Assembly (NCBI GenBank): GCA_009758405.1 | Contig: WSBC01000004.1 | Span: forward strand, 114,634-178,633 | DNA length: 64,000 bases | Direction of reading: 5' to 3' | Source: Methanobacteriota archaeon | GTDB lineage: Archaea; Thermoplasmatota; Thermoplasmata; Thermoplasmatales; ARK-15 | In this document: positions 8,454 through 18,196 of the stretch, in pieces | Layout: each line of letters opens with the position of its first letter | Numbering within the stretch: position 1 is the stretch's first letter | Notes under the pieces: generated by a model | Databases searched by the model: none | What the model was told of the DNA's origin: nothing | What the model saw: only the letters and a program-made list of their open reading frames with translations | Translations under genes and position numbers: made by a program

Positions 8454-9375
8454 ATATTTTATCAATTATGAATTTTGGATCAAATTTAATAATATCTTCA
8501 TATCCCTGGCCTATTCCAAGGAAAATTATGGGTTTTTTAATTTCAAATGATAGACTAATGGCCGCCCCTCCTTTTGCATCAGCATCCACCTTACATAATA
8601 TTATTGAATCAAAACCTACATTTTCATCGAATGTTTTTGCCTGATTTATAATGTCATTCCCAGCCAATGCATCTCCAACAAAGATTGTATGGTTGGGTTT
8701 AGCTACCCTCTTTATTTTTTTCATTTCCTCAATTAGGTTTTTATTTGTCTGCATTCTTCCTGCAGTATCTATAAGAACTACATGTTTTCCCTTTGATTTT
8801 GCGTGTGAAATCGCATCAAATGCAACACTTGCAGGATCACTTCCTGGCTGGTGCTTGATTAGGGTTACATTAAGTTTATTTGCATGATACTCAAGCTGTT
8901 CGATTGCACCAGCCCTAAAGGTATCTGCAGCTGCTATTACTGGTACTAAACCCATTTTTTGTATCTGTCTTGCAATCTTTGCAATCGTTGTTGTTTTTCC
9001 AGTTCCATTAATACCCAGAAACATTATTACATAGGGTTTTTCAGATTTTTCAATCTCCTCTAGGAGATCAAAATTCGAATTTGAAAGTATATTTATAAGT
9101 GTTTCTTTAATTATTTGTTCCACAACCTTTTCCGGATCTGTGCCTATTTTTATCTTTAATCCAAGCACCCTTTCCCTTATCCTTGATCTTATTTCTTCAG
9201 CAACATCGTATGCAACATCTGCCTCTAAAAGTGAGATTTCAAATTCATCCAGAATTTCATCAAGTCTTTTTTCATTTATTTTCTTACCTATTATTCCAGC
9301 GGATTCCTCAACGCTTACCTCCTCGCTTAGCTTTTTCTTAAAAATGTTGAGCTTTTCTTTAAGGATTTTGAACAT
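8434..9375 (-). CDS. ftsY: Signal recognition particle receptor FtsY
   Basis: Likely start MFKILKEKL at 9375; SRP54-type GTPase motifs GINGTGKTTT, DTAGR, CKVDADAKGG; converges on glyA with 20-nt overlap. Confidence 0.9.
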   Translation of the reverse strand: MFKILKEKLNIFKKKLSEEVSVEESAGIIGKKINEKRLDEILDEFEISLLEADVAYDVAEEIRSRIRERVLGLKIKIGTDPEKVVEQIIKETLINILSNSNFDLLEEIEKSEKPYVIMFLGINGTGKTTTIAKIARQIQKMGLVPVIAAADTFRAGAIEQLEYHANKLNVTLIKHQPGSDPASVAFDAISHAKSKGKHVVLIDTAGRMQTNKNLIEEMKKIKRVAKPNHTIFVGDALAGNDIINQAKTFDENVGFDSIILCKVDADAKGGAAISLSFEIKKPIIFLGIGQGYEDIIKFDPKFIIDKIFNSTSP

Positions 9376-9796
9376 TTGACCTACCCTGGTACTTGTTATA
9401 TATCTCCTCAACCTTCCTCTCAATGGCAAGGTACTGTCCCTGTACCTTTTCACTTTCCTGACTGAGCTTTAAATGTAAATCTTCCATATCTTTTATCCTT
9501 GATCTAATCATCTCCAGTGCTCTATCAATGCTACTTTCTATAATTACCCCACTACCAAGAGGTATCATTGCCCTCTTTTTTTCACTCGGATTTAAATAAA
9601 TATAGGTATCTGCGCCTATGTTTACAAGCAATTCCTTTTCCTCTAGCTTCAAATAATTTTCTAAGGTCACCCTTGCTCTATTGTGTTCTTCAATCTGTTC
9701 CTTTAGATATGCTATTTGAACGCTTAAATTCTCCATGTGCTTTTTTAAGATGTCTGCGGTAGCAATTAAATCCTCTAGTGTATTCTCATTCTCCAT
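9359..9796 (-). CDS. pfdA: Prefoldin alpha subunit
   Basis: ~146 aa from MENENTLEDL (9796); coiled coil-beta hairpin-coiled coil layout; conserved LX-pfdA-ftsY neighbourhood. Confidence 0.75.
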   Translation of the reverse strand: MENENTLEDLIATADILKKHMENLSVQIAYLKEQIEEHNRARVTLENYLKLEEKELLVNIGADTYIYLNPSEKKRAMIPLGSGVIIESSIDRALEMIRSRIKDMEDLHLKLSQESEKVQGQYLAIERKVEEIYNKYQGRSNVQNP

Positions 9797-10031
9797 TTTC
9801 TCCACCTGCTTTCTTGTACCTATGTATTGCTCTTGGATCGGTAGCATCCTTAAGTGGTATTGAGTATGCATCCTCAATTCTAATTTCCCTTCTTTTCTTC
9901 CTGTATATACTTCCTAGGAGTGAGTAGAAATAATCCTCTGCCTCTTGCTTATTCTTCGCAGTTACCTCCTTGCTAATATGTACCCAATTTTTGCCTTCTT
10001 TGTAATTTCCTATTATTCTATAGATTTTCAC
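9786..10031 (-). CDS. rpl18a: 50S ribosomal protein L18Ae/LX
   Basis: 81 aa MKIYRIIGNYKEGKNWVHISKEVTAKNKQEAEDYFYSLLGSIYRKKRREIRIED; family pattern and position upstream of pfdA. Confidence 0.7.
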   Translation of the reverse strand: MKIYRIIGNYKEGKNWVHISKEVTAKNKQEAEDYFYSLLGSIYRKKRREIRIEDAYSIPLKDATDPRAIHRYKKAGGENGE

Positions 10032-11272
10032 TTAATCACCCCCGAAAATTTACTTTTTGATAACTTGAGTGCCTCAAGACCTGGCATCTCTTCACCAGAT
10101 AAAAAGTTTATCAATGCACCGCCACCAACACTAACGTGTGTGAATTTCCTGTTAAGATCCAACTTTGCAATAACAGATATTGTATGTCCCCCTCCTGCAA
10201 CCTTAAAACAATCAAGATCGGCTATTGCCCTGAATATCTCTATAGTTCCTATTGCAAATTCTTCGATCTCATAAACACCCATAGGCCCATTAAGTATTAT
10301 TGCCCCAGAGTCCTTTAACATTTCTTTATATTTTGCAACTGTGCCGATTCCAATGTCCATAATTGGATCCTCCACAGGAAGTTCTGAAATTTCTACCTCA
10401 TATCTATGTCCATCTTTTTTAATTGCAAGATCCTCGGGAAGTACTATCTTATCTCCGTATTTGGATAATAATTCCTTGCAAATGTTAAGAAGTTCATCCA
10501 ACTCTCCAAGCTCCTTTTTAAGAAATTCCACATTTACCTTCCCTATATCGACACCCTTTGACAGTAGGAAAAGGTTTGATACAAGCCCTCCAGTAAATAT
10601 TTTATCTATTATACCTTTGTTGAGAAAATTTTTAGCTACCTTTAATGAGTCATCCACCTTTGCTCCTGCAAGTATAGCATATTTTGGTCTTGTATTATCG
10701 CTAAGGAATTTTGAAAGCATCGTAATCTCTTTATCCATTAGAACCCCCGCTAAATTGGGTAAATCCTCCGCAAAACCCACCAGCGTGGTCTGTGGTCTAT
10801 GTATTGCTGCAAATGCATCATTGATGAAATAGTCAAAAAGGGGTGAAAGCCTTTTTACAATGTGGGATTTCCTCTGTATTGATATTGGTTCATCTGCAAG
10901 TACCACATCCTCTGAATAGAACCTTGTATTTTCAAGGAGTATCATATCACCATCCTTCATTGACTTAATTTTTTCAATAACAAATGATTCAAAGAGTCCA
11001 TCCACATACTCAACAGGTCTCCTCAATAATCTTGAAAGCACCTCTGCATGTCTTTTGGTAGTAAGGAAATCCTTTTTCCCTGGCCTTGACTGATGAGCCA
11101 TTATAACTACCTTAGATTCTCCTAGCCTTTTAAGTGTATCCAGATGTGCAACAAACCTTGAGGTATCAAGTATTTCACCCGTTTCCGTATTTACCGGAGA
11201 ATTAAGATCAAGTCTAACAAGCACGCGTTTCCCCTTAAGATCAAAATCATCCATGGTGAAATAATCTTTCAT
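10028..11272 (-). CDS. pgk: Phosphoglycerate kinase
   Basis: 414 aa; KRVLVRLDLNSP, MAHQSRPG, GAKVDDS, GGGHT..., VSVGGGA. Confidence 0.9.
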   Translation of the reverse strand: MKDYFTMDDFDLKGKRVLVRLDLNSPVNTETGEILDTSRFVAHLDTLKRLGESKVVIMAHQSRPGKKDFLTTKRHAEVLSRLLRRPVEYVDGLFESFVIEKIKSMKDGDMILLENTRFYSEDVVLADEPISIQRKSHIVKRLSPLFDYFINDAFAAIHRPQTTLVGFAEDLPNLAGVLMDKEITMLSKFLSDNTRPKYAILAGAKVDDSLKVAKNFLNKGIIDKIFTGGLVSNLFLLSKGVDIGKVNVEFLKKELGELDELLNICKELLSKYGDKIVLPEDLAIKKDGHRYEVEISELPVEDPIMDIGIGTVAKYKEMLKDSGAIILNGPMGVYEIEEFAIGTIEIFRAIADLDCFKVAGGGHTISVIAKLDLNRKFTHVSVGGGALINFLSGEEMPGLEALKLSKSKFSGVIK

Positions 11273-11357
11273 GAAAATGAGTATTACTTTTATTAATATA
11301 GTATTTATGCTTCATTTTAGAAAATATTTATATTGTTAGCATCGATTAGGGTTTTCT

Positions 11358-11909
11358 ATGTTTGAAGTAAGGTTTCATGGAAGAGGTGGTCAAGGGGCAG
11401 TTACAGCAGCAAACATCCTTGCCACGGCTGCTTTTCTCGAGGGAAATGATGTACAATCCTTCCCTTTCTTCGGTGTTGAGAGGAGGGGAGCACCAGTAGA
11501 GGCATATACAAGAATAGATAATAAAAGAATAGATATTAAGATGTATATCTACAATCCTGATGCAATTGTGGTCCTAGATACATCTTTAATGGAAAAGGTG
11601 GATGTTTTAAAGGGATTAAAAAAGGGTGGATATATAATATTAAATACACAAAAGAAACCTGAGGACTTTGATTTTAAAGATTATAAGGTGGCAGTTGTAG
11701 ATGCCACAGACGTGGCGGTTAATCTTGGGCTCGGGTCCAGATCCTCTCCAATAGTAAATACTGCAATACTTGGTGCATATGCGAAGGCAATAGGAAATGT
11801 TAAAATAGAAAGTATAGTTCAAGCAATAAAAAGTAATGCACCCACAAGACCCGATGATAATGCCAAGGCAGCTTTGGAATCTTATAATAGAACAATTTTA
11901 GGATGGTGA
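11358..11909 (+). CDS. porC: 2-oxoacid (pyruvate/2-ketoisovalerate-type):ferredoxin oxidoreductase, gamma subunit (cluster 1)
   Basis: 183 aa; [18 protein letters not shown]...FGVERRGAP; first gene of a gamma-delta-alpha-beta set. Substrate (POR vs VOR) not decidable from sequence reading. Confidence 0.8.
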   Translation: MFEVRFHGRGGQGAVTAANILATAAFLEGNDVQSFPFFGVERRGAPVEAYTRIDNKRIDIKMYIYNPDAIVVLDTSLMEKVDVLKGLKKGGYIILNTQKKPEDFDFKDYKVAVVDATDVAVNLGLGSRSSPIVNTAILGAYAKAIGNVKIESIVQAIKSNAPTRPDDNAKAALESYNRTILGW

Positions 11910-11916
11910 TTAAATT

Positions 11917-12219
11917 ATGAAAATAAGTAGAGGTGCCACAATTACCGAACCAGGTAGTACTTCCTTGGAAGAGACAGGGTCATGGAGGACATTCAGGCCA
12001 GTGATAAGGTATGAGAAATGCATAAGATGCATGATATGCTGGAATTTTTGCCCTGAACCTGCAATTGAGAAAAAGGAAGGTGAAAACTACCCTGTTGCAA
12101 ACCCGAAGTTAATAAAAATGCCTGTTCCAGTGATAAACTATAATTTTTGCAAGGGTTGCGGTATATGTGTGAATGAATGTCCTACAAAGGCAATTGATTT
12201 CATAAGGGAGGAGAAGTAA
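11917..12219 (+). CDS. porD: 2-oxoacid:ferredoxin oxidoreductase, delta subunit (2x[4Fe-4S])
   Basis: 100 aa; CIRCMICWNFCPEPAI and CKGCGICVNECPTKAI. Confidence 0.8.
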   Translation: MKISRGATITEPGSTSLEETGSWRTFRPVIRYEKCIRCMICWNFCPEPAIEKKEGENYPVANPKLIKMPVPVINYNFCKGCGICVNECPTKAIDFIREEK

Positions 12220-12220
12220 A

Positions 12221-13420
12221 ATGCCAATGATGATGTTAAGGGGGAATGAAAGTACTGCCTATGCTGCAAAACTTGCAAGGGTGAAGGTAATACCTGCATA
12301 TCCTATAACACCTTCAACACTGTTTCCTGAAAAGATCTCAGAGCTCATAGCAAATGGAGAAATGGAGGCAGAGTTTCTTCCTGTAGAGAGTGAACATTCA
12401 GCATTATCTGCAGCTATTGGCGCAGCTGCAACAGGAGTCAGAGCGATGACTGCCACAGCAAGCCAAGGCCTGGCCCTGATGCATGAGGTCCTTTTCATAG
12501 CAAGCGGTATGAGGATGCCAATCGTAATGGCAATTGGCAATAGGGCATTAAGTGCTCCTGTAAACATATGGGCAGATCAGCAAGACACAATAGCGGAAAG
12601 GGATTCTGGATGGATACAATTTTATGCAGAGACTAATCAGGAGGCTTTGGACCTAACATTAATAGCATTCAAGGTGGCAGAAAATGATAAAGTTCTTCTT
12701 CCTGCAATGATGGGAATGGATGCTTTTGTACTCACACATACAATGGAACCTGTGAATGTTCCAGAACAGCAGGACGTTGATGAATTTCTAGGTGAAAAAA
12801 AGATCAACTATCCTGTACTTGATCCTGAAAAACCTGCTACCTTTGGTGCCTTCGTTTTTCCTGAGCACTATATGGATATAAGGTATTCGCAATTTATTGC
12901 CATGGAACATGCAAGGTCTGTAATAGACGATGTTTTTAATGAATTTGAGAAAAAATTTGGTAGAAGGTATTCAAAGGTTTCTGGTTTTATGGTGGATGAT
13001 GCTGAAATAGTTTTTGTAACAATGGGATCTATGACAGGAACTGCAAGAGAAACTGTGAGAAAACTAAGGGAAAAGGGTGAAAAGGTGGGTTTAGTAAAAA
13101 TCACTGTTTACAGGCCGTTTCCCAAAGAGGAGATCGTTTCATTAACAAAAAATGCAAAGGTGGTGGCTGTTGTAGATAGAAATATAAGTCCTGGATTTGC
13201 AGGAGCCATATTTACAGAAACAGTAGCAAGCTATAATAATGAAAAGAAGAGGCCAAAAATAATTGATTTTATTATGGGCCTTGGTGGAAGGGACGTAAAA
13301 ATTGAGAACTATGAGCAGGTATACAATTTAGCCAAGGCTGCTTTAAGGGGTAAATTCAAGGAGATCAATTGGATTGATGTTGATGAGGAGGCCGTTAAGG
13401 AAGTGGAGGGAACATTATGA
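12221..13420 (+). CDS. porA: 2-oxoacid:ferredoxin oxidoreductase, alpha subunit
   Basis: 399 aa; AYPITPST...ESEHSA...TATASQGLALMHE. Confidence 0.85.
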   Translation: MPMMMLRGNESTAYAAKLARVKVIPAYPITPSTLFPEKISELIANGEMEAEFLPVESEHSALSAAIGAAATGVRAMTATASQGLALMHEVLFIASGMRMPIVMAIGNRALSAPVNIWADQQDTIAERDSGWIQFYAETNQEALDLTLIAFKVAENDKVLLPAMMGMDAFVLTHTMEPVNVPEQQDVDEFLGEKKINYPVLDPEKPATFGAFVFPEHYMDIRYSQFIAMEHARSVIDDVFNEFEKKFGRRYSKVSGFMVDDAEIVFVTMGSMTGTARETVRKLREKGEKVGLVKITVYRPFPKEEIVSLTKNAKVVAVVDRNISPGFAGAIFTETVASYNNEKKRPKIIDFIMGLGGRDVKIENYEQVYNLAKAALRGKFKEINWIDVDEEAVKEVEGTL

Positions 13421-14310
13421 ATTACGAAGATATGGAATTTTTTGCGCCTGGTCACAGAGCCTGTGCAGGTTGTGCTGCACCAATAATAGTAAAGTGGGTG
13501 CTGAAAATATCAGGGCCCAAAACGATTGTTGTAAATGCCACAGGATGTTTAGAGGTTTTCTCAACCCCCTATCCCCATACATCTTGGAGGCTCCCCTGGA
13601 TTCATACTGCATTTGAAAATGCGGCTGCAACAGCAAGTGGTATAGATGCTGCCCTTAAGGCGATTGGAAAGAGGGATGATGTAAACATAGTTGTCTTTGG
13701 AGGAGATGGAGGTACATCAGACATTGGTTTTCAGAGCTTGAGCGGTATGGCAGAAAGGGGGCATAATATACTCTATATCATGTACGATAATGAGGCATAT
13801 ATGAATACAGGCATACAGAGATCTTCCTCAACTCCATTTGGGGCTTGGACCTCCACCACACAGGTAGGTCCCTCAAGACCCCTGGGCAAGGAGGAATTTA
13901 AAAAACCAATCGCAGAAATTATGGCTGCACATAAGATACCCTATGTGGCCACTGCAAATCCCGCATTCCTTCCGGATTTTAAAGCAAAGATACAAAAAGC
14001 ACTTTCAATAAAGGGTCCAAAGTTCATACACACTATTTCAAGCTGTACAACGGGATGGAGGCATGATCCAAGCAAGACTATTGAAATTATGCGTCTTGCC
14101 ACAGAAACAGGTATTTTCCCTCTATGGGAAATAGAAAATGGAGATTTCTCCAAAATAAAAATTACCTATATGCCAAAACAGAGAAAACCTGTTGAAGAAT
14201 ATTTAAAACCCCAGGGAAGGTTTAGACACCTTTTCAATGAGCCAGAAAAAATAAAGGAAATACAGAAGATGGTTGATGAATGGTGGGCTAAGTTTGAAAC
14301 AAAATCTTAA
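13417..14310 (+). CDS. porB: 2-oxoacid:ferredoxin oxidoreductase, beta subunit (TPP-binding)
   Basis: 297 aa; GHRACAGCAAP, GGDGGTSDIGFQSLSG, YDNEAYMNTGIQRSSSTP; ATGA overlap with alpha. Confidence 0.85.
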   Translation: MNYEDMEFFAPGHRACAGCAAPIIVKWVLKISGPKTIVVNATGCLEVFSTPYPHTSWRLPWIHTAFENAAATASGIDAALKAIGKRDDVNIVVFGGDGGTSDIGFQSLSGMAERGHNILYIMYDNEAYMNTGIQRSSSTPFGAWTSTTQVGPSRPLGKEEFKKPIAEIMAAHKIPYVATANPAFLPDFKAKIQKALSIKGPKFIHTISSCTTGWRHDPSKTIEIMRLATETGIFPLWEIENGDFSKIKITYMPKQRKPVEEYLKPQGRFRHLFNEPEKIKEIQKMVDEWWAKFETKS

Positions 14311-15806
14311 ACCATTGGCATCAGACTAACATTTGGGAATCCCTTATTCCTGTCTACAATCAGAGAGTGATAAATTATTCTAGGCTTTATTCCATAGATG
14401 AATGGAACATTTTCTATTTCCACAAGCTTAAGGTAATAATCGGATATATTAATTATTTCATTCTTTAACGACTGTGATTCCCTCACCATGAGTATTGCAA
14501 CATCGGAGGATGATTTAACTGACTGTGCCATATGGAATAATTCCTTTATTGCATTATCAGTTCCTTTTATGTATTCGAGTGTATCAGTACCTATAAAGTT
14601 TAGTACACTCTTATTTTCAAAACCAGTTAGATCAAGTATTGCCCTCAAAAGCCTCTGGTTAACCTGTTGTTCGTCCTTTCCACCAGCAGCAACAACATAT
14701 GGGATGTTTGATTCCTCAACTGTATAATCAACGTATCTTACTTTTTTTCTAAATATATCTGGATCTATGAATCTTGTAAAATCCTTTTCAAGTCTCATTG
14801 GATTCCATCCACCAAGAGGTATCATAAAAATTCCAATATCGTTATATAGAAAGTTTAATCCAATTGGTCTAAATAAAAGTCTTATCTCTTCCATAGAAAT
14901 ATCTTTTCCTATTTCAATTGTAAGGAATGATGAAGGTCTTATTCCATTACCAAGCATTTTATCTAAATCAGGAATTCCTGTGGAATAATAGTTATCATTT
15001 TTTGTTGGTTCAAACTTTGTAATCTCTCTTTTTTCATATTCTTCTGGGTAGAATGTAAGGAATTTACCACCATAAAGTGTATATGAATAACTTGACTGGA
15101 ATATTTCCACTCCCCTAAGCTTATTTATTTTCAATATCCTTTTCCTTCTTCCATCCTCCACGTCATGGTAAAGATATATCACACCATCAACAATATAATC
15201 CTCCGGGCTTATATCCCCCTTTTCTGAAACAAATATTATAGAGGCATTTGCACCTTCTACGAGATCATTCTGTATCATTGATACGAATTGATCTTCCCTA
15301 ATACCAAACCTGGAGGTGATTCCCTCTACAGAATCTATTACGACTACACTTTTGTTTGGCAAATTCATTTCAATCTCATCATATACACGTTTAACTTCTG
15401 GGGCTTGCCTTCCCTGAAAAACCTTTTGATATCCTGATCTTGGAACCTTTTTTGGTTGTTCACCGGTCATCTCCTGTAAAACTCTTCTCCCATACTCCTT
15501 AATAGGCTTTTCTTCCTCCTGAATCTGCGATAGAGCCTCAAGTAGTAGTTTTGAGGCCACAAGGAGTCTGAGGTTCTTTTCCATTCCTTTAAGCCAAGGA
15601 AATTGCTGATAAAGGCTAGCATCTCCCACCCTGGTTGAAAGATAAATAATGTTACTTTTTCCCTGCAATGTTTCTAGTATTTGCAGAGAAATTGTTGTTT
15701 TCCCACCTCCCGGAGGCCCCTTTACCAGTAGAGAGTTGCCATTTTTTGAAAGTAAAAACTGTAAAAGCTCATATGGAAATCTGTAATTTATATTCAATCC
15801 ATTCAT
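14307..15806 (-). CDS. KaiC/GvpD-like RecA-superfamily ATPase (two-domain)
   Basis: 499 aa; Walker A GPPGGGKTT, Walker B VVVIDSVEG, KINKLRGVE; C-terminal half has the same fold pattern but no Walker A. Confidence 0.65.
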   Translation of the reverse strand: MNGLNINYRFPYELLQFLLSKNGNSLLVKGPPGGGKTTISLQILETLQGKSNIIYLSTRVGDASLYQQFPWLKGMEKNLRLLVASKLLLEALSQIQEEEKPIKEYGRRVLQEMTGEQPKKVPRSGYQKVFQGRQAPEVKRVYDEIEMNLPNKSVVVIDSVEGITSRFGIREDQFVSMIQNDLVEGANASIIFVSEKGDISPEDYIVDGVIYLYHDVEDGRRKRILKINKLRGVEIFQSSYSYTLYGGKFLTFYPEEYEKREITKFEPTKNDNYYSTGIPDLDKMLGNGIRPSSFLTIEIGKDISMEEIRLLFRPIGLNFLYNDIGIFMIPLGGWNPMRLEKDFTRFIDPDIFRKKVRYVDYTVEESNIPYVVAAGGKDEQQVNQRLLRAILDLTGFENKSVLNFIGTDTLEYIKGTDNAIKELFHMAQSVKSSSDVAILMVRESQSLKNEIINISDYYLKLVEIENVPFIYGIKPRIIYHSLIVDRNKGFPNVSLMPMV

Positions 15807-15875
15807 AGTAAAACTATAATGTATTTTATGATATTTAATTTTTATCTTGAATATCTCAGAAAATATATTGCATCT

Positions 15876-16226
15876 TACTTCATAAAAATCCTATCTAATG
15901 ATCCTACTTACCATTATCTGCTCTTTATCTTTTGATTGGATCATTGCTTCACTTGATTGTCCTTTAGCCCTTTATTGGGCTGGGTAATAGATTTGAGTTC
16001 AAGCATTACAAAAATATTATTTTTAAAAAATATAAAAATTTCAACTGAAATTAAATGATTATAAATGGAATTAATAAAAAGAGTACATTAATTAAAATAA
16101 AGTTTGGTGATTCCATCAGATGAATAAAATTAATTTAAAAGGGAAATAATGAAATTTCAGGGATAAAATATCCATAGAATAGGTAAAAATATAAGAAATC
16201 AATTTTTTAAAAGGATTTCTACTGGG
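15876..16226 (+). repeat. Copy 1 of the TIR-bounded intergenic repeat family (left end degenerate)
   Basis: ..ATAAAAATCCTATCTA..CTGCTC..ATCTTTTGATTGGATCATTGCTTCAC..GGTAATAGATTTGAG..AAGCATTACAAAAATATTATTT..GGAATTAATAAAAAGAGTACATTAATTAAAATAAA..AAAAGGATTTCTACTGGG. Confidence 0.75.
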
Positions 16227-16270
16227 AAAAGAAAAATTTAAAATTCCATTTTGATTAATTAATCTTAAGA

Positions 16271-18163
16271 ATGAAAAAAATTAATAAGACCTCCATATCA
16301 ATTTTCGTTTCAATTTTGCTCATAACACTACTAGGAATTTTCCTAAGAATATTACCCTCCTACAGTTATTCCATATGGGGTGTGGACTACGGTATCTATT
16401 ATGCTCTCACCACGGCCTTTGTTAATTTAGGGTTGATATTTCATCCACTTCCTTCAATATGGGGAAGTTCAGGTTATGGAAATTTTCCTATGTTTTACTG
16501 GACCATGATTTTTATACATGATATTACAAATTTAAGTGTAAATTTATTGCTTTTAAAAGTTCCGCCTATATTTGCAGGGCTTACAATTCCAATAATTTAT
16601 TTTATTGGAAAAAAACTGACAAATTCCTATGTTATAGGTATAATTTCTGCATTATTTTTAGCAATTAATCCCATGGAGGTTTTTGAAACATCAATGGTGG
16701 GATTACTTGTATTTGGGCATCTTTTCCTTCTGCTTTCAATACTCTTTTTCATATATTCTAGAGACAATAAGTATTTCTATTTGCCCTTAATTTTATCCTC
16801 ATTTTCATTGATACTTTCCCATCACTTGAGCACATATATGTATATAATTTCTATATTTGGTATAATATACCTAACAAGACTAATAAAGGGTAATTATAAT
16901 AATTATAAGTATGAACTTATATATTTTCTTGCTTTCACTGCAGCAACCTTCTCATATTGGCTCATAATGGTTCCTTCCATGTATTCATTCATAGAGCAGG
17001 GATTTTTAGGAATAATTCCCTGGTATGGAGTTATTGCAATATTTTATATTATTATTTTATTTCTGCTATATATTGTAGGATTCCTTGAAAAATATGTAAA
17101 AAAGATTTCACACATCAACATAGAGATAAAAAATTCCTATTCATTTCTTTTAACACTTTTGCTTGTATTTTCAATATTCATTTTACTCATTACAATAGGT
17201 ATTAAGGGAATTAGGATTCAACCAATAGGAATCATTTACTCCATTCCCTTCATAATTACAATAGGATTTATTGGAGTTGGAATTAATAAAATTAAAAATT
17301 ATGGTGAGGGAGAGATTATTCTATTTGGATGGATATCATTACTCTCATTTTCTTTGATTTATTCAACAATCACCTGGAACGGTGTTTTAATTCCCTATAG
17401 GTATCTTGAGTATTTATTTGAACCCTTTTCAATTTTTGGTGGAATTGGTGTTTATGAAATTTATAGATCCTTTTCTATTAAAAAAATTGGTGAAGAGAGA
17501 TATTATTATTTACCCCCGGATATAGGGGCAAAAGGTAGCTTAATAAGTGGTGAGATAAGATCTGCACCACCAATCTATTTTTCAAATCAATACAAAAAAA
17601 GGGTTTTAGTAAAGGTGGAGAAGGGGGACTTTAAGGTATTTTTTGCAATATTTCTAATAGTGATTGTAATGGTCTCTCTTGTTACTGCATATCCATTCAT
17701 AAACCAGGTAAGTGAGGTTTCACAGAATTACGTAACTCCTGTTATGATGAGTGGCATAATATGGATAGAAAAAAATGGTAATAAAAATTATTCCGTGGCC
17801 ACAGATGCTGTGGATGGATTATATCTTGAGGCGCTTGGTTTTAATTCAACATTTGAATATACCTACTACCTATGGAATTCTTCTTCCTGGAAGGATGCAA
17901 TATATGAACTCGAAGGACTGAATGGAACATATCCAAGGGTAGGTTATGTCTTAATTAATTCAAATATGTATAATAATGGTGTTTATGGTTATCAATTATC
18001 TACCCATCCCTCCTATGATCCACCTATTTATATGAGCAATTCTTCATTCAATAAATTCTTTAAAGAGCCATTCCAGGTTGCATATTATAATTCTACCGCT
18101 GATAAGTCTCAATGGGTTTATGTTTTTATTGTTAACTGGACATTTATTGAATCCAGCAGGTGA
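16271..18163 (+). CDS. Polytopic membrane protein with C-terminal extracytoplasmic domain; possible GT-C-type glycosyltransferase (AglB/PMT-like), function uncertain
   Basis: 630 aa, >=12 predicted TM, then a soluble C-domain rich in N-x-S/T sequons. No canonical WWDYG motif (nearest: VATDAVDGLYLEALG). Confidence 0.35.
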   Translation: MKKINKTSISIFVSILLITLLGIFLRILPSYSYSIWGVDYGIYYALTTAFVNLGLIFHPLPSIWGSSGYGNFPMFYWTMIFIHDITNLSVNLLLLKVPPIFAGLTIPIIYFIGKKLTNSYVIGIISALFLAINPMEVFETSMVGLLVFGHLFLLLSILFFIYSRDNKYFYLPLILSSFSLILSHHLSTYMYIISIFGIIYLTRLIKGNYNNYKYELIYFLAFTAATFSYWLIMVPSMYSFIEQGFLGIIPWYGVIAIFYIIILFLLYIVGFLEKYVKKISHINIEIKNSYSFLLTLLLVFSIFILLITIGIKGIRIQPIGIIYSIPFIITIGFIGVGINKIKNYGEGEIILFGWISLLSFSLIYSTITWNGVLIPYRYLEYLFEPFSIFGGIGVYEIYRSFSIKKIGEERYYYLPPDIGAKGSLISGEIRSAPPIYFSNQYKKRVLVKVEKGDFKVFFAIFLIVIVMVSLVTAYPFINQVSEVSQNYVTPVMMSGIIWIEKNGNKNYSVATDAVDGLYLEALGFNSTFEYTYYLWNSSSWKDAIYELEGLNGTYPRVGYVLINSNMYNNGVYGYQLSTHPSYDPPIYMSNSSFNKFFKEPFQVAYYNSTADKSQWVYVFIVNWTFIESSR

Positions 18164-18196
18164 AAAGATTTTATTAAAGAATTGATATACATAATT

